Below, in pieces: positions 14,101 to 27,179 of a DNA stretch of 64,000 bases. The notes beneath the pieces were generated by a model. That model did no database searches. It had not been told where the DNA came from and saw only the letters and a list, made by a program, of their open reading frames with translations. The stretch's first letter is position 1. Every line of letters starts with the position of its first letter. The position numbers were made by a program, and so were the translations under genes. Origin of the DNA: Tubulanus polymorphus. Lineage: Eukaryota > Animalia > Nemertea. The stretch is from positions 28,368,150-28,432,149 of the forward strand of contig NC_134026.1 of the NCBI RefSeq assembly GCF_964204645.1, written 5' to 3'.

Positions 14101-17100
14101 AGTGCATAATTCAGTTAAACTTCATGTCCTTGAAACAATATGGTTAGTAGTATTCTGATTTGTAGTTTATGCACATGCGTGATCTCCCTCCTAAATTTCT
14201 GCCTTTTGCATAAAACCTGTACACGTATTTCCTTTGCTAATGGGTTTATATTTTCCGTGCGTGGTATTCTCCAAATATACTCGTGTCAAAATATTTATCA
14301 CAGTACACGGAAACAGCTCTAAATATTGAAATATGATTCCATTACGTTTCTAGGCAGAACTAGAAAAAAGTATTTATGTAACATTTATCAAATGTCTATA
14401 GATTTCCTTGAAACTCATTTTTTTTACCTTGACTTCTTATGTTTTTTGGTTGATTGATTTTGTATTAATGTTTCTATTCACCACACCCATCGGGAACAAA
14501 ACAGGGTTCCCTGAAACTTTATTTGTGACGTTGGGAGAAAATGAGGTTAGGATAATTTGACGCCGTAAAACCCTACAAAAATATCTTTATATATTACTAT
14601 AAACTTCTATGCGTTATTTAAGGGGTAGGCCTACTGTATGAGCCGATATGCACTTTTTAGGTAATATTGGGTCTATTTTAGACTAATTCAAATCAATTAT
14701 TTATATCATATTGTATCATATAATTTCGACAATTTAAGCAATGTGTATTAGTTCATCTTCAAGGCGTTGATTGATGAACTTTCGAGTTCATTTTGTTCTT
14801 TTCTTTGTAGGAAACCATCGGCACGAAGTCGAGCGATTTGTTCATATTCCGTGAATTAGACAATGGTCAGCGGTATTATTTGACCAATAGCACGAGACTA
14901 TGTCGTTATTGCGTCTCCAGCAGGAGATACATTTCAACCAGCGACGATAGTAACGGCATCGCTGAACTAGTGCTCAGTATTGAACGTAAGTTTCAATTAT
15001 CAATGATCCGTCAGTAATAAAATCAAATTTATAGCACCCACTGCTGCTACACTAATGAATGATTTAATAAATCAGTGTCGGATTATATCGATAACTATAG
15101 AATAGGGTCACTTGGAGATGTTTCACTTCTAAAATATCAGGGGCAGATCGAGCATACCACCATTACCATTTGAGCGGTATGAATGAACGAAGCTCAGATA
15201 TAATATGATCCCCGAATTTAGATAATGATAATATTAATAATAATAATAAGTTAGGATGTATGGAAAATAAAATTTGACTTCCCCACAAACAGGTTGCATC
15301 TGGCGTCGATAAAATTTCTAAATTTTCTGGGTTATAAGCAGCACTCAGGATCTGAGGCTTGATCCGTCTGTGAATATTCGCTCCCTAAAGATTCGAGGTT
15401 CTTCCTTCTACTGTATTTGAGCTTAGAGTAATCAGACTGAATTACTCCAAGATTCGAGTATTTTGTGAAATGTTTGACAACGCAGTCATTCAGATCAGAA
15501 AAGTGCACCTCTAAGCTTACATTGATGACCATTTCATGAGATTTGTAAACACTTGCAAATGAAACAAGCTCTCGTGAGTGGGGGTTGTGACCATCATAAT
15601 TCAGCGTAATCAAATGTTGGATTAAAAATTGTTTATTGCATGTTGATTTCTGTGTTGACAATTCTGGGAAATGATTGTAGATAATGTAGATATTGTTTCG
15701 TAATTGATGTTTCAGGCGTAAATGGCGGAGATTCCGGAATTTATGGATGTAGCAAACTATCAGGATATAAAATGATGAAGAAGATAATGATTTATGGTAA
15801 GTATAAAAATGATATCGATATTTACCGGTACGACTTTCTTGATATTTCAGCAATTGAAATTCGATATGAATCATCTTTCTGACGAACATGTGATCATGGG
15901 TAACAGATGTGAAATATATAACATTTTGAACTGGTTTTACCCGATCTATTGATGTCTTAACAAACTATCCGTGTATTTCACATGTAATTTGAGTGAACGG
16001 CAATTAACCCAATGTAAATGATTCATCAATACATTGAACTGAAGTTTACATGAATTGATGTTAGTAGTGCAGGTGTGGACTTTAAAGTTCTGTTACCTCC
16101 TAACCATTAATGCTCAATCCTCTGGTCGTTTGCTGGTTTTATTTTTTGTATGGTATCTGTACTGTGGCGTGGTGTATATCAGTCCACGCCTGTTGTTTGA
16201 AGTGAACTTGTGCAGTCACCCGTGACTGGTTGAAAATACATTGCACTATCTGTTTCATATATCAGGACTATTTTTCCATGCTTCAGATCATTTTTGACTG
16301 ACATTTATTATAAACAAGGTTAGCTCGTGGAAATCCATCTCCAGCTCTTCCCTCGGCTATTCCTGGGGGATTTTTGTTCATTATTAATAAAGAGAAAAAT
16401 GTTCTTTTACCTGATAAGAATGACTACCTTATTTTCCCATGGATATTTTCAGGACCAATAGAATCAGTGGTATGGCAGCAACATCTACCTCAAGCAAAAA
16501 ATAATAGTTTGAATTTCGTATCATTGAATGAATCTGCAAGTGTTGTGTTAGACTTGAGAAACAATGGATCTAATTATAGAGCTGTAAGGTAAGGGGTTAA
16601 TTGATATATCGCTATAGACGCCGAACCAGACGACTGCACTTTCACCTAACAGCTGTTTAGAATCAGTTGAATTTTTAATTTCGTCTAAGAGCTCGGCATT
16701 TCAGTCTTAAGAATGTTTAGTTCTTTTTTTTTCCAACATTAAATCAACGATAAAAAATGTGTGGGGTTATGTTGAGGTTGATCAGTTTTAAGACTCGAAT
16801 TCACATCATTGAGAGGATATTTATATGTATGGCTCCTTCCATGCGTTAAGTGGCAGAGGATTTATGGATTTATGATTTCGATCTGTGAAGAAAAGTGGTT
16901 TTTACTCCCTGAGGTTCTATAAGAGAAGAGAGAGTTGTTTATCTACCTCTACCCATTAATAAATTCTGTATTAAGAGAATGTACGTAGGATAATTGTAAG
17001 ATAACATTGCCTGTAATAACAGACTGCATTTATATTTCTGACGTGGATGAAGTCTAGGGGTATATATTCAGCCTGGTCACTTGCCAATTAATAATACTGC

Positions 17101-19153
17101 TCAGCTGTCGTGGCGTATCTTCGCTGCTGTACCCTTCATTCATCTTCTGAATGCCAATGGTTTGTGCGCTCCCAAATAATAGTAAAAGGCATTAATCAAA
17201 TGAAATAATTACGCAATCACATAGAATCATGGAATATTCACTGTGTGATGACGTTATTGGAAGAAAAAACATCTACAATAGGAGCACAAATCAAGCCAAA
17301 CTGCCAATAATGCTTGAGCAGTGCGATGGAAGGATATCTACCAGTATTTCAGATGTGTGGAAAATCAAATCTGACATCAGATTGGTAAAATATCAAAATG
17401 TTCTGATGGAGGACCCTGTGTGGTGCTGCGATACTGGACTGAGCGGTTTTCAGGAACTGAGGCTCGATCGATCAGCCCCTGTACAACAGTTGTTGAGTTA
17501 CACAGTTCTGGGTACACCTTGCCACTAAACATAATATTAATAGCCTCAATTAATAGATGTGTGCTAGGCTCTGTAAAACATTAGAAGTATTTACAGCCTT
17601 CAGTAGTTTATAATGGGCACCAATTACTAGATCTACCACTCCTATACTGCTAATTCAAACATATGCAGAAAATGGGGTTCGTCTATGTAGTTTTTATTGA
17701 TCGATTATTTATTTCAAATCAAGAAAAACTGGTTTATGAAATCAAACATGGTTGTTATACGCACATGTTAAATGCCATTAACCTCGCGCACTGAGGTGAC
17801 AAGAAATTACTGGCGTAGCAGTCGTCGATTCCTTTCGGATATGAGAGTATAGAGAAGACCTGCTGCTCGTATAAACATATGACATGATCCGGCGCTCTCA
17901 ACGTGACTGGAATTCATTAAGCCATCATCAGAGCTCTATCAAAACGTGACAGTATCCGTCACTGAGCTCATCCATCATTTACTCAATTCATTGAGGACTT
18001 CGTTGAATATTTTATATCCAACATGATTTTTCATGTCTGTTTTTCTAGGTGTGTGGCGACATCACTGTCTATGCCTCCGTATATTGATGTTATTATTGGC
18101 GATCGAGAAATGAATAGTACCAGATATACTAAGAAATATTTGAATCTTACACAATTTGATGGGTAAGTTCTCCTCATTGATGACTTACGAATTTTTGTGG
18201 CATTTCTGCTGCTCGATGAATAAGGAAACATTGTGCTGTGTTCTTAAAGAAATTCTTCTTCAATTACCTAATACATGTTTGTTGATTGAGTAGTACGGTA
18301 GTACAGTACCAGTACTTTATTTTCTTTTCCTTTTTCAGAGTTGTTAGTTCGTTTACAGCTTATTCCACGCATCCAGTTTTACCTACTATGATTAACAAAC
18401 AAGCGGATGATGGCAAAATGGGGAAATGTCTGGCTACATTGCCACGTGAAATGTTGAAATTTGCCACTGTTGGTTTTACAGTTTTATGTAAGGAAAATGT
18501 TACATCTACATATCTTATCATATACATATACTGTAACAAACTCTCTATTGTATGAGCTAATTAGCTTATCTTCATTACAAAAGAATTTGTACTTTCTAAT
18601 CCAGGGTGAATTTAGCGACTCACTGATTGAACAGACAAACATGATCTATCACAATTTTCATTTACTGCGTTTCAGATGATCCAGAAAGGTTTAATATAAC
18701 AAATCAATATGCCAACGTTGGTGATGAGAATGTTACGATTAGTTTATCATTTTATGCAAATCCAATAAACTTCATTCAACTTCTTCATGGACCGAACCAT
18801 ACACCCATTCATAACAGTGACAATACTGAGATTATCATAGAGGTTAGTTGTGGTTTTGAATGCTGTTCATTCCAATGGAATAAATATACTTATCAAACTT
18901 ATAACCTGTTAAATTGAATTTATCTTTGCAGGGTACTGGGCATTATAGAAAAATAACCGTGAAGGTTCGCTTTGTATTGCAAGAGCACATTAGACAATAT
19001 TATTTGCAAGTGAATGATAAATATTACAAGCCTGGATTTAAAATTGGATCATGTAGTGAAGAATACGCTATGTGTAGCGGTTTGAACGTGACTGTGAATT
19101 GTTGGATTGTGTTATCGATGATTGTGACTGTTATGAGTTTGTGGCGATTGTGA
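8105..19153 (+). CDS. Uncharacterised cell-surface Ig-superfamily protein (signal peptide, about 3 Ig-like domains, GPI-anchor-type C-terminus), 390 aa
   Basis: 9 exons, all GT-AG and phase-compatible, totalling 1173 nt: 8105-8159, 10639-10712, 14811-14985, 15716-15796, 16453-16588, 18049-18162, 18339-18487, 18676-18842, 18932-19153 (TGA). Signal peptide MKNLLRILSVIHVLLVYSG. V-set hallmarks VGETLTMRC ... LVLSIERVNGGDSGIYGC. Second domain VRCVAT ... DDGKMGKCLA. Third domain VGDENVTISLSFYANP lacks the B-strand Cys. Hydrophobic tail CWIVLSMIVTVMSLWRL with no cytoplasmic region. Confidence 0.8.
10325..10340. promoter_or_regulatory. Perfect palindromic RFX X-box in intron 1 of the Ig-domain gene
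   Basis: tGTTACCATGGTAACa matches the X-box consensus GTNNCCATGGNAAC. Confidence 0.5.
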
Positions 19154-20534
19154 TAATATTTGTCATGAAAAAGTTCGAGAGAGCTTCTTGGTCTCTCATA
19201 GAAAAAGACAAATTTTCTACGACAAATTTGTTCTGAATTGAAGGTAATGAAGGATTCATACACGCTGTATGTATGTTTTTAACTTCGACAGATCTTTGAT
19301 TCCATCTTTTGAAGTCGTGTAAATGGTGCATTTTGATATAGTGAAACTATCTTCTACTGATGTGATGAATTTGTCTGATATAGTATTTTGTTGTACATAT
19401 GGATATAAAATTATTGTGTACATAGATTGAGGAGAAGAGTGATTTGTTTCGCTTCAGATAGGAAGGTTTATTGAAATTAGTAGATTTTAGCCCTGAAAAA
19501 TATACCACTAACTTGAAATAGGAAATATCCAAAAGTCATTATTTTCTGCTGTAGTAGACTAGTGCAATGTAGTTCAATTTTATATCAATATTCATATTAT
19601 CATGCAATAAACGTGCCATATTAACTACATATTTACTATACATTGTAAGAATTTAACAATTTTAAGACTGAACCGAGGTGGCATCTTTTACTGGTACTCA
19701 TATACGTAAATCAAAGGTTAGCAATATTTTTTACATTCGCCGGTTAATCATAGTTGACTAGATCACTATAAGTTTTACTAGAACTTGCTGTGGTTAAATT
19801 GTGGAAAACTTCTCTAGTTTTGGCAGCAAAACATCAAGCTTACCAGTCAATTTGAATGGCAGCAACATCGAGTCTACTTCCAACTGACTTCCATCTGTAA
19901 TATTCTAAGAATTGCGGGTTTTTCTTTGATAAAATGAAGCTTAGTTTCTCTTTTGAAAAATGTTCTTGATAACATCATTTTTGCTTTTGTTAGATTAATT
20001 TGTCTGTACTAAAATTAAGTATGTGGACTTTTTGATTGAGTAAAGACACATGAATTGCTAAGTTGAGGGAGTTCTAATGTTTGTACTTACAGCGATATAT
20101 TGCTGAATGAAAATGTGACTTATAGTGTGGTTATGTCTTGCTGAGCATAAGGTGATGGAAATGGCAGGGATATTTTGTATGAGCGTTTTTTGATATAACC
20201 GGGTAAATGTCAGGTAGTAAATATATATTATTATGGATAAACCTGTAAATAATGTTATACTTTTGATGTACCAGTATGAATATGTTGTAAACTCCTGCAG
20301 CAAAAAATCATTCATTCGGCTCTTTTTATTAAACATAAAGTTTGTTTATTTTTGAAGTTGTGTAATATTTCAAAAAATATCTAGGAATTTGAAACTGATC
20401 TATTTTAGAGGAATTGAATACGTATAGGGATGGTCTACGGTATGTAATAATTGATTACTGCAGAGGAGGGTTCTTTATGTAACAGAATGTGTTAATGAAA
20501 AACTAAATTTTAGTTTTTCCTGTCCACAACAGGC

Positions 20535-20648
20535 CTGGACCCAGTTCCACAGTTGTGAGTTAGAGTTAACTCTGAGTTAAAGTTAGTTCATTTTCAATGT
20601 TTTAACCCAGGGTCAAATCTTAACTCAGAACTGTGGAACTGGACCCTG
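20535..20648. mobile_element. PIF/Harbinger-like MITE (second family)
   Basis: ctg-gacccagttccacagtt ... aactgtggaactggacc-ctg: inverted ends with a CTG direct duplication. Degenerate copy at about 25280-25380. Confidence 0.75.
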
Positions 20649-23473
20649 GAGTCTGAGGGGTTGGGGCCGTATCTGAGCATCAAATTTTTTCCGGGGAGAA
20701 GGCCCTTAACCCCCGTTCAGTTCCAACCAAATTAAAAGAAATGAACCCACCCGCATAATTCCTCATGCAACAGACCTAAATGAATTGATATACTTCTATG
20801 CATATTTCATATTCTTGTTATTACATTTATTAGATACTTAACGATTATCAATTTAGATGCTTCAAACTTTAATGTGAAGAAAAAAGGTTGAAAAACTTGT
20901 TACTGTTGGTTGTTGACATTATTGAATTTGTATAAAATGAATATTGGATGAAATTAAACAGTTGATGTCTCATATAAAGAGCGCTGATCGAGTTTTAGTA
21001 TTTATGTCTGTTGTAGTTAAGTAGATTATGGACTTGATCCATGTTTAGATGATTTGATGTCATGGTATTAATAATGCATTACAGCAAATGCAAGTGAATA
21101 TATGGAGGTTTGTTTTCTGGGGAGAAGGCAACTGCGAACTGGACACGGCTCTAGTCTGGTAGATTATTTCATGACCTGCTGGTTAATTATGAATATTCAA
21201 TCTGATTGTGTTTTTCCTCGACCCTGGATTATGAACAGATGTGATATCGTATGTGTGCTGCTATATAGATATATATTCATCTATTGTAATATTCGTCGAT
21301 TTGTATTTAACAATTTTATACATAGTTATAAGATTCAATGTATTTGTTATACCTGTATATCAGCGTGTCAATTATTACTGAAGGCATTCACATCATACAT
21401 TACTATTTTATACATTATTGCATTGTATTTGTTCACATCAAAAGCATAATACTGACCTTAGTGTTGGGTACTTTTATGGTGTATCAGAAAGTTATTTTTC
21501 TCACAAAAACACGATGCAATTTTGAATTCAGCTTTGCTTAGCTTATTAACGCATTTAGTTTTTTCATGTAAGGAACTGTTTATTTTGTTGATATTATCAT
21601 GTGTAAATAGAATGAATTTTCTGTTGTTTTTGAGTAAGTGGTAACTGCTCAATTCTTCATTCAACAGAGTTAAGATTCTTAGATCAGCTTATTTTGCATT
21701 TCATATTTTATTGTTTTTGATCGCCGCCTGATTAGAGATTTTTATTGTGCGTATTATTCTACACCAGTTTGCTTTTCAATTATTCATACTATATTTGTTT
21801 CATTAGCTACATAGCATGTACAGATGTTTCATAGAGAAGATGTCACGGAACAATTTGATTAAATTACTGAAATTACTAGATATAGAGAAACAAATAATTA
21901 TTTTTTGTCCCACTAGAATAGATTCTCATTGTATCAAGGAAAATATTTTGGTTTTAGGTTATACTTTATCAACATATCAACTATTGTAGCGAGATACAAT
22001 TTTCAATATGAGAAATACAACAAAGTTGTGTCAATTTTCACGATAGCGGCCAACTCAATTGTTTAATTAGGGTGTAAATACTGTATAAATCAACCCACGG
22101 TCAGACGTTTGAGAGCTAGAGCTTCATTTGGCGATGCTAATGCTTGTAACATTGCTTCTTCGAATTGTTTGATATCATTCATTTTCTAATTTGAAATGTT
22201 AACCACAAATTCATAGATCTCATTGTTATTCATAGAATATTTTCATAGCTTGCTATCACATGAATTCAGGGTTGAGCTGTCACTTGAAGTTGAAAAGGAT
22301 AAAGTGTAGTTAGTAACAGTAATATTTAAGAATTTCAGCATAAAAACCATGCATGTTCATGTTTTTGTTGGTTGTTGTAATAAAAGCAATCATGGGGAGA
22401 CTATCCCTACTAAGATTTTGTAAATAACCTATATTTGTATTGTTTCCAACTGTGTCAGTGATTTGCTGGAATATCTCCTGTGAATTAGTATATAAATCAG
22501 TTGTTGAATGTTCTTGAATAAAGATGAACTTTTTTACACTATTTTTCTGTTGTATTATATGTGCCGGCGGTAATAATTGGACATAAATTTTTCCTGTAAT
22601 TAGTTGTTTTGCAGCCCGTATTGCACTCGTGGTAATTGAGAGATGTAGGTCCTGTCTAACCATGACGTAACGAAATGTCAGTCTCAGATATGGAGTTGGC
22701 CGATTGGTGAAATGTTGGGATTATATCTAACAATGGGGAATAGAAACACAGTAACAGTCTAGGGTTAGTCAACCATGCTCGCCTTGGTGTGGCCTTGTAT
22801 GTTTACATCAGATGACCAATTAAGGTTAATAAGCCATGCTGCCCCAATGTGGACTGTTATAAACATCAGGCGCCGGTTTTATAGACTGGTATTAACTTTA
22901 ACCCGGGAGCTAATTTTCAATTGAGTTAAGCCCCGCTTTAAAGATATAACATCTGTACCGATCAAACCTTAAGAGTTAAGCCATGCCACCCAATATGGGG
23001 TCTTCTTTCGGTGTACAGCCCTGTGGAATATTTATCATTAAGGAATTCTTTTCACGGACCACTCTTTGATTTATACATAATGTCTGCTTTATCTGAACTT
23101 TCATGGGTAATCATACTGGTGTAGTGGGGAATCCTCTTTTGAACTGTAGCGCCGATCTGACAGTGGCTTTTCACTTAGGTGGCAGCACTCCTCGGCTTGT
23201 CTTACCGAGTAGATGCAAAATTATCCAAATGTTAAAAGCATGAAACAAACGTTAACACCTGTGTATTTTTTACATAATCCGACATTTATTTTTCATTAGC
23301 TAGTACAATGTTTTTTTCAATATTTTTCATTTGACTAGCTACGAAAAATAACTCACATAGAGTTAATGTATAGAATACATACATTTCTGATATAATTGTA
23401 ATTATTTTCCATGAGTGTGGAGGACATTTAAATTTACATCACAGAGCCTACCAATATTATATCCGCTCAGTTT

Positions 23474-23530
23474 TTATTATCATTATTACTATTATTATTA
23501 TTATTATCATTATTATTATTATTATTATTA
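23474..23530. repeat. (ATT)n microsatellite
   Basis: Imperfect ATT/ATC run read directly. Confidence 0.85.
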
Positions 23531-25466
23531 GATATAACAATGTACAAAAATACAGTGTTTTCTTACAATGTGAATTTAGCTCTTTTTCAAAGAGAACACA
23601 AGAGAGATCTTGAGTACCAAACCAACAAATAACTTCATGTTCTCAGAAATATATGTTCACTAGTACGCGTTGAGTAGAGAATAATTGAAGATATTCCGAC
23701 GATGCCTGGAAGAAACAGGGAGCATAAAAATTTCCACCGTGAAAAGTACTTCTGAAGAATTCTCCAATAAAGTTAACAGCTAGAATGATTTTCTACCCTA
23801 TCAATAGTATCAGTTAAAAACTCTGTGATCGTTGATGATGCTGGACAAACATTTTCCATTCTTCCGATCTATTTACAAAATATCATAAATACTTTTTGAT
23901 GACGAAATGGTTGCGAGTTCATGAAGAATGTTGCAGGAAGATATGACAACTTCATCCTAATCACAATTACCCGTTAATAAACAAAATAATGAACTAAATC
24001 GAACTTCCTATATTCCGGAAATGTTGGATTTACAAGTGACATGATTATTTCTAGTCTTGAAATGCAAAATGGTACAGAAAAAAAAATAAATTAGAAAATG
24101 CTAATCTCGGTCAGTCACCATATTGATAAATTCATTGGGACGATTTTGCTGTATAAATTGCATGCACATTATTTCATTTTAGACACATTTACTTAAGTCA
24201 TTGTAATAGTAGATTTTGCTGTCATTTGAGCACTTGACAGAAATATCATCGAATACTTTCTGCCGAACATTCATTCACCAATTTCTAGGCCTATTTTACC
24301 CTATAGGAAGAAACAAGAAACATGCCCGCAGTCAAACAGTAGACTCCGCCATACTCAGTTATAATGGGACTGCAAAATATTTCACAGTGTATCACGGAAA
24401 TAGGTTTTTTTCCAAATAAATTTTAGTAAAATTAACCGACGAGATGTTTACCAAGTTGACCTGAGCGGAGGAGTCAAACCAATTGAGCTACAATTTTGAT
24501 GAATATAAAATATCTAAATGACGTTTATTACAGTTGGGAAAATTTACTGGAATGAAAATTTATGAAATCTGTTTAACAGCACTGTAAGATGCTAAAACAT
24601 GGGGGGAAATTCAGTGGATTCAATATCTTATTGCACGATGGCTATAATCACTACAATAGCCGTCTAGTCTGAATTTTTGATTTATTTATCACAGATAAAT
24701 GGTTTTAACCGGATTAACAACCCACACAGAAGTAATCTAAACTGAAATTTGATTCGAAAAAATGTTTCATCTTACACTCTGATCTACCTGCGATTTATAA
24801 TTTTGAAAAGATTCGAATTTTCACGGTTTGTCTGTTATCTGCTCAAAAATTCATTATAAAATACGCTCTCGGGAATGTACACATCCGTTTTAAAACTCAA
24901 TGCATCACTACGTAATTGTTTACCCGACATCTTTAACAATTCAGAAAGCACAATTTAGAGTAAAATGCAACTTCAAAAATGCGCCGTGTTTCAGTTTTAA
25001 TAGCTGAACTTTTATCCAACATTTCATGAGTATATGTTTAGTTTTAAATGTTTCAGAGGTGTCCGAAAGATTCCTTACCAATGACGGGTATCCACAGTTA
25101 AGATAAAGCTACTGGCCTTTAATTCAACCTCATATCACAGTAACTCTTTGGCATGAAACTCAAATGAGCCTTACACAAATTCAGCTACAAGCCATCTAAA
25201 AATCATATAATATGTCAACTAATGAGAGGGAATAAGAATAGATGATTAGTCTCCGTTAAAAGAACCGAAATCTGAAGCCGGATCTATAGTTGAATTTAAC
25301 TTTAATTTTTTATGGAGTTAGATTATTTCATTTTCAAATTGTTAACTCTATCGTCAAAGCCTAACTCATAACGGTGAAACTTAATAGCGCAATCTCCGAT
25401 ATAAAACATTATATATTACTAGTATTATGTAACTTCATTGATACATAATACGGTCTTATTGAATAT

Positions 25467-25581
25467 CAGGGTTCTTACGGATTTCCAAATTTCATTTTCC
25501 ATACCTTTTTCATACCCAGATTTTCTAAAAATTGAAAAAAATTCCTTTTTCCAAAACTTTCCAAAACCCGCAAGAACCCTG
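25467..25581. mobile_element. MITE with CAGGGTTC termini
   Basis: cagggttcttacgg ... ccgcaagaaccctg (13/14 inverted match) with internal ttttcc repeats. Related fragments at about 290-470, 1640-1810, 33060-33140, 36970-37130, 41800-42040 and 44829-44915. Confidence 0.65.
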
Positions 25582-26463
25582 CTATACGACGATGACACAA
25601 AGATCTGATCAGTTTTTCGAAAGTGGTTACCAAAAATTTGTCAAAGTTTCACTCGAAAGAAACAGCGTTTGAGAATTATTGGTGGGGTAATGAAGAAGTT
25701 GGCAGCACGTTGTAGTTGTCGTCAAATGGTGTGTGACACGAAATTGAAATGATATGACATGATAATACATATATACGGTACATAATGATCTATTAGGGAT
25801 AAACCACATGGTCATTCATTATCATACGTTTAATAATGTAATAACAAAGATTTTTCATCTCTTAAAACAATTATGTACAAAATATACAAACAAACAAGAG
25901 ACCGATTCTATATTCATAATAATATCCTATCTGCAGGAAGTTACATACAGTCGTAATATGTTTTGACAATAATTTAACCCATAAATAATTATAATGCTAT
26001 TGTCTTTCACGAATTGCTAAAGACAAAATGAAGAGGAATTGTCCAAAATCCTCTGCATTCATCCCAATGCCTATCATTATCGTCGTATCTCTTATTACAG
26101 ATCCTTAGTTTTCAACTACAATCTTACTTTATAGGTTACCTAATAATAATAATATCATTTAATTTATCATAATAAATATATACAAAATCGGCACAATTTC
26201 ATTTCACACGCCTATTGTCGCCGTGCTTGGAAAATATACACAATCATTAAAACGCTGTTTATGATAATAGCAGGTTCACATATCATGGAATATTTCACAA
26301 CTGAAGATTCATACCGTGTTACGAACCAAAAATATTCAAATACGCGCAAAACGATAAAGTTGATCGATACGCGACTTATTATTAAACAACGATGACCGAG
26401 CAAATGCTTAAAGTTTCAAAGAGTATTTTCAACGTTGTACTCACTGCGAGTACCCGATGTGTC

Positions 26464-26493
26464 TGTGCGCGCGCGCGCGCGCGCATGTGTGCA
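26464..26493. repeat. Alternating purine-pyrimidine tract containing (GC)9
   Basis: tgtgcgcgcgcgcgcgcgcgcatgtgtgca read directly. Confidence 0.9.
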
Positions 26494-27179
26494 ATAGCAC
26501 CGAACAACATCACTTCATCAGTAATCATCATATCTAATAAATAACCGATTGAGACCAGAAGTAAAAATATCCCCGGCCGCGGTTTAAATTTGAGCCGAGT
26601 TTTTACAGTTTGTCATCTTATACTTCAGCAGGACTCCCGGAGTTAATCCCAGTTAACGCACGGAGAACTCCGGTCGGAGTAGTTTCATATAAATATATCC
26701 CTTATGGCACTTAATCATCGTCAGTAATCAAGTTCATGCCGTTGATTTTCATTGTGATTCATCCAACCTGTATTGTACACACGTGTGTATCCCCCAATGT
26801 TTTTTTTTTCTTCTTTTAAATTAAATAATTTATATCACAACTTCATTTCTCTCTTTACCCCGTCGACAGCATACTCCTGAGTATATACGTACGACCGCAT
26901 TTAAGATTCTTGCTTTTTTTCTCCCGTCTCGCTGCTAGCTGCCGTTTTTCACGTTTAATTTTTCAAGTCGAGCTTTTATGTTTAAAAATCCTTTTCAAAT
27001 GCGCGAAAACCGCATTTTTTTTTCACAATACTATAATATCACAGCCTGAATATTTTGAATATATATTTTTCGCAATATATCTTCTAATGACTATGTGTAA
27101 TCAGTAATGTTTACTGAATTTAAATCGGGCGCGATCCATTCGTAGCGATTACGAAATGCTCGGGTCTCGTGCGTGGCGA

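Larger units (their letters stand above)
23270..27179 (-). other. Probable long (~3.9 kb) 3'UTR of MED13
   Basis: U-rich on the minus strand downstream of the stop at 27180. AATAAA on the minus strand at 23285-23290. Pumilio elements (TGTAHATA) at 23870, 25872 and 26177. The extent is inferred. Confidence 0.55.

Noticed and set aside
15332-15889. 185-aa minus-strand ORF
   Set aside because: Overlaps exon 4 of the Ig gene antisense and has no motif; treated as a shadow ORF.
22760-23001. Spaced direct repeats as a CRISPR-like array
   Set aside because: Eukaryotic context, degenerate repeats, irregular spacing, no cas genes.
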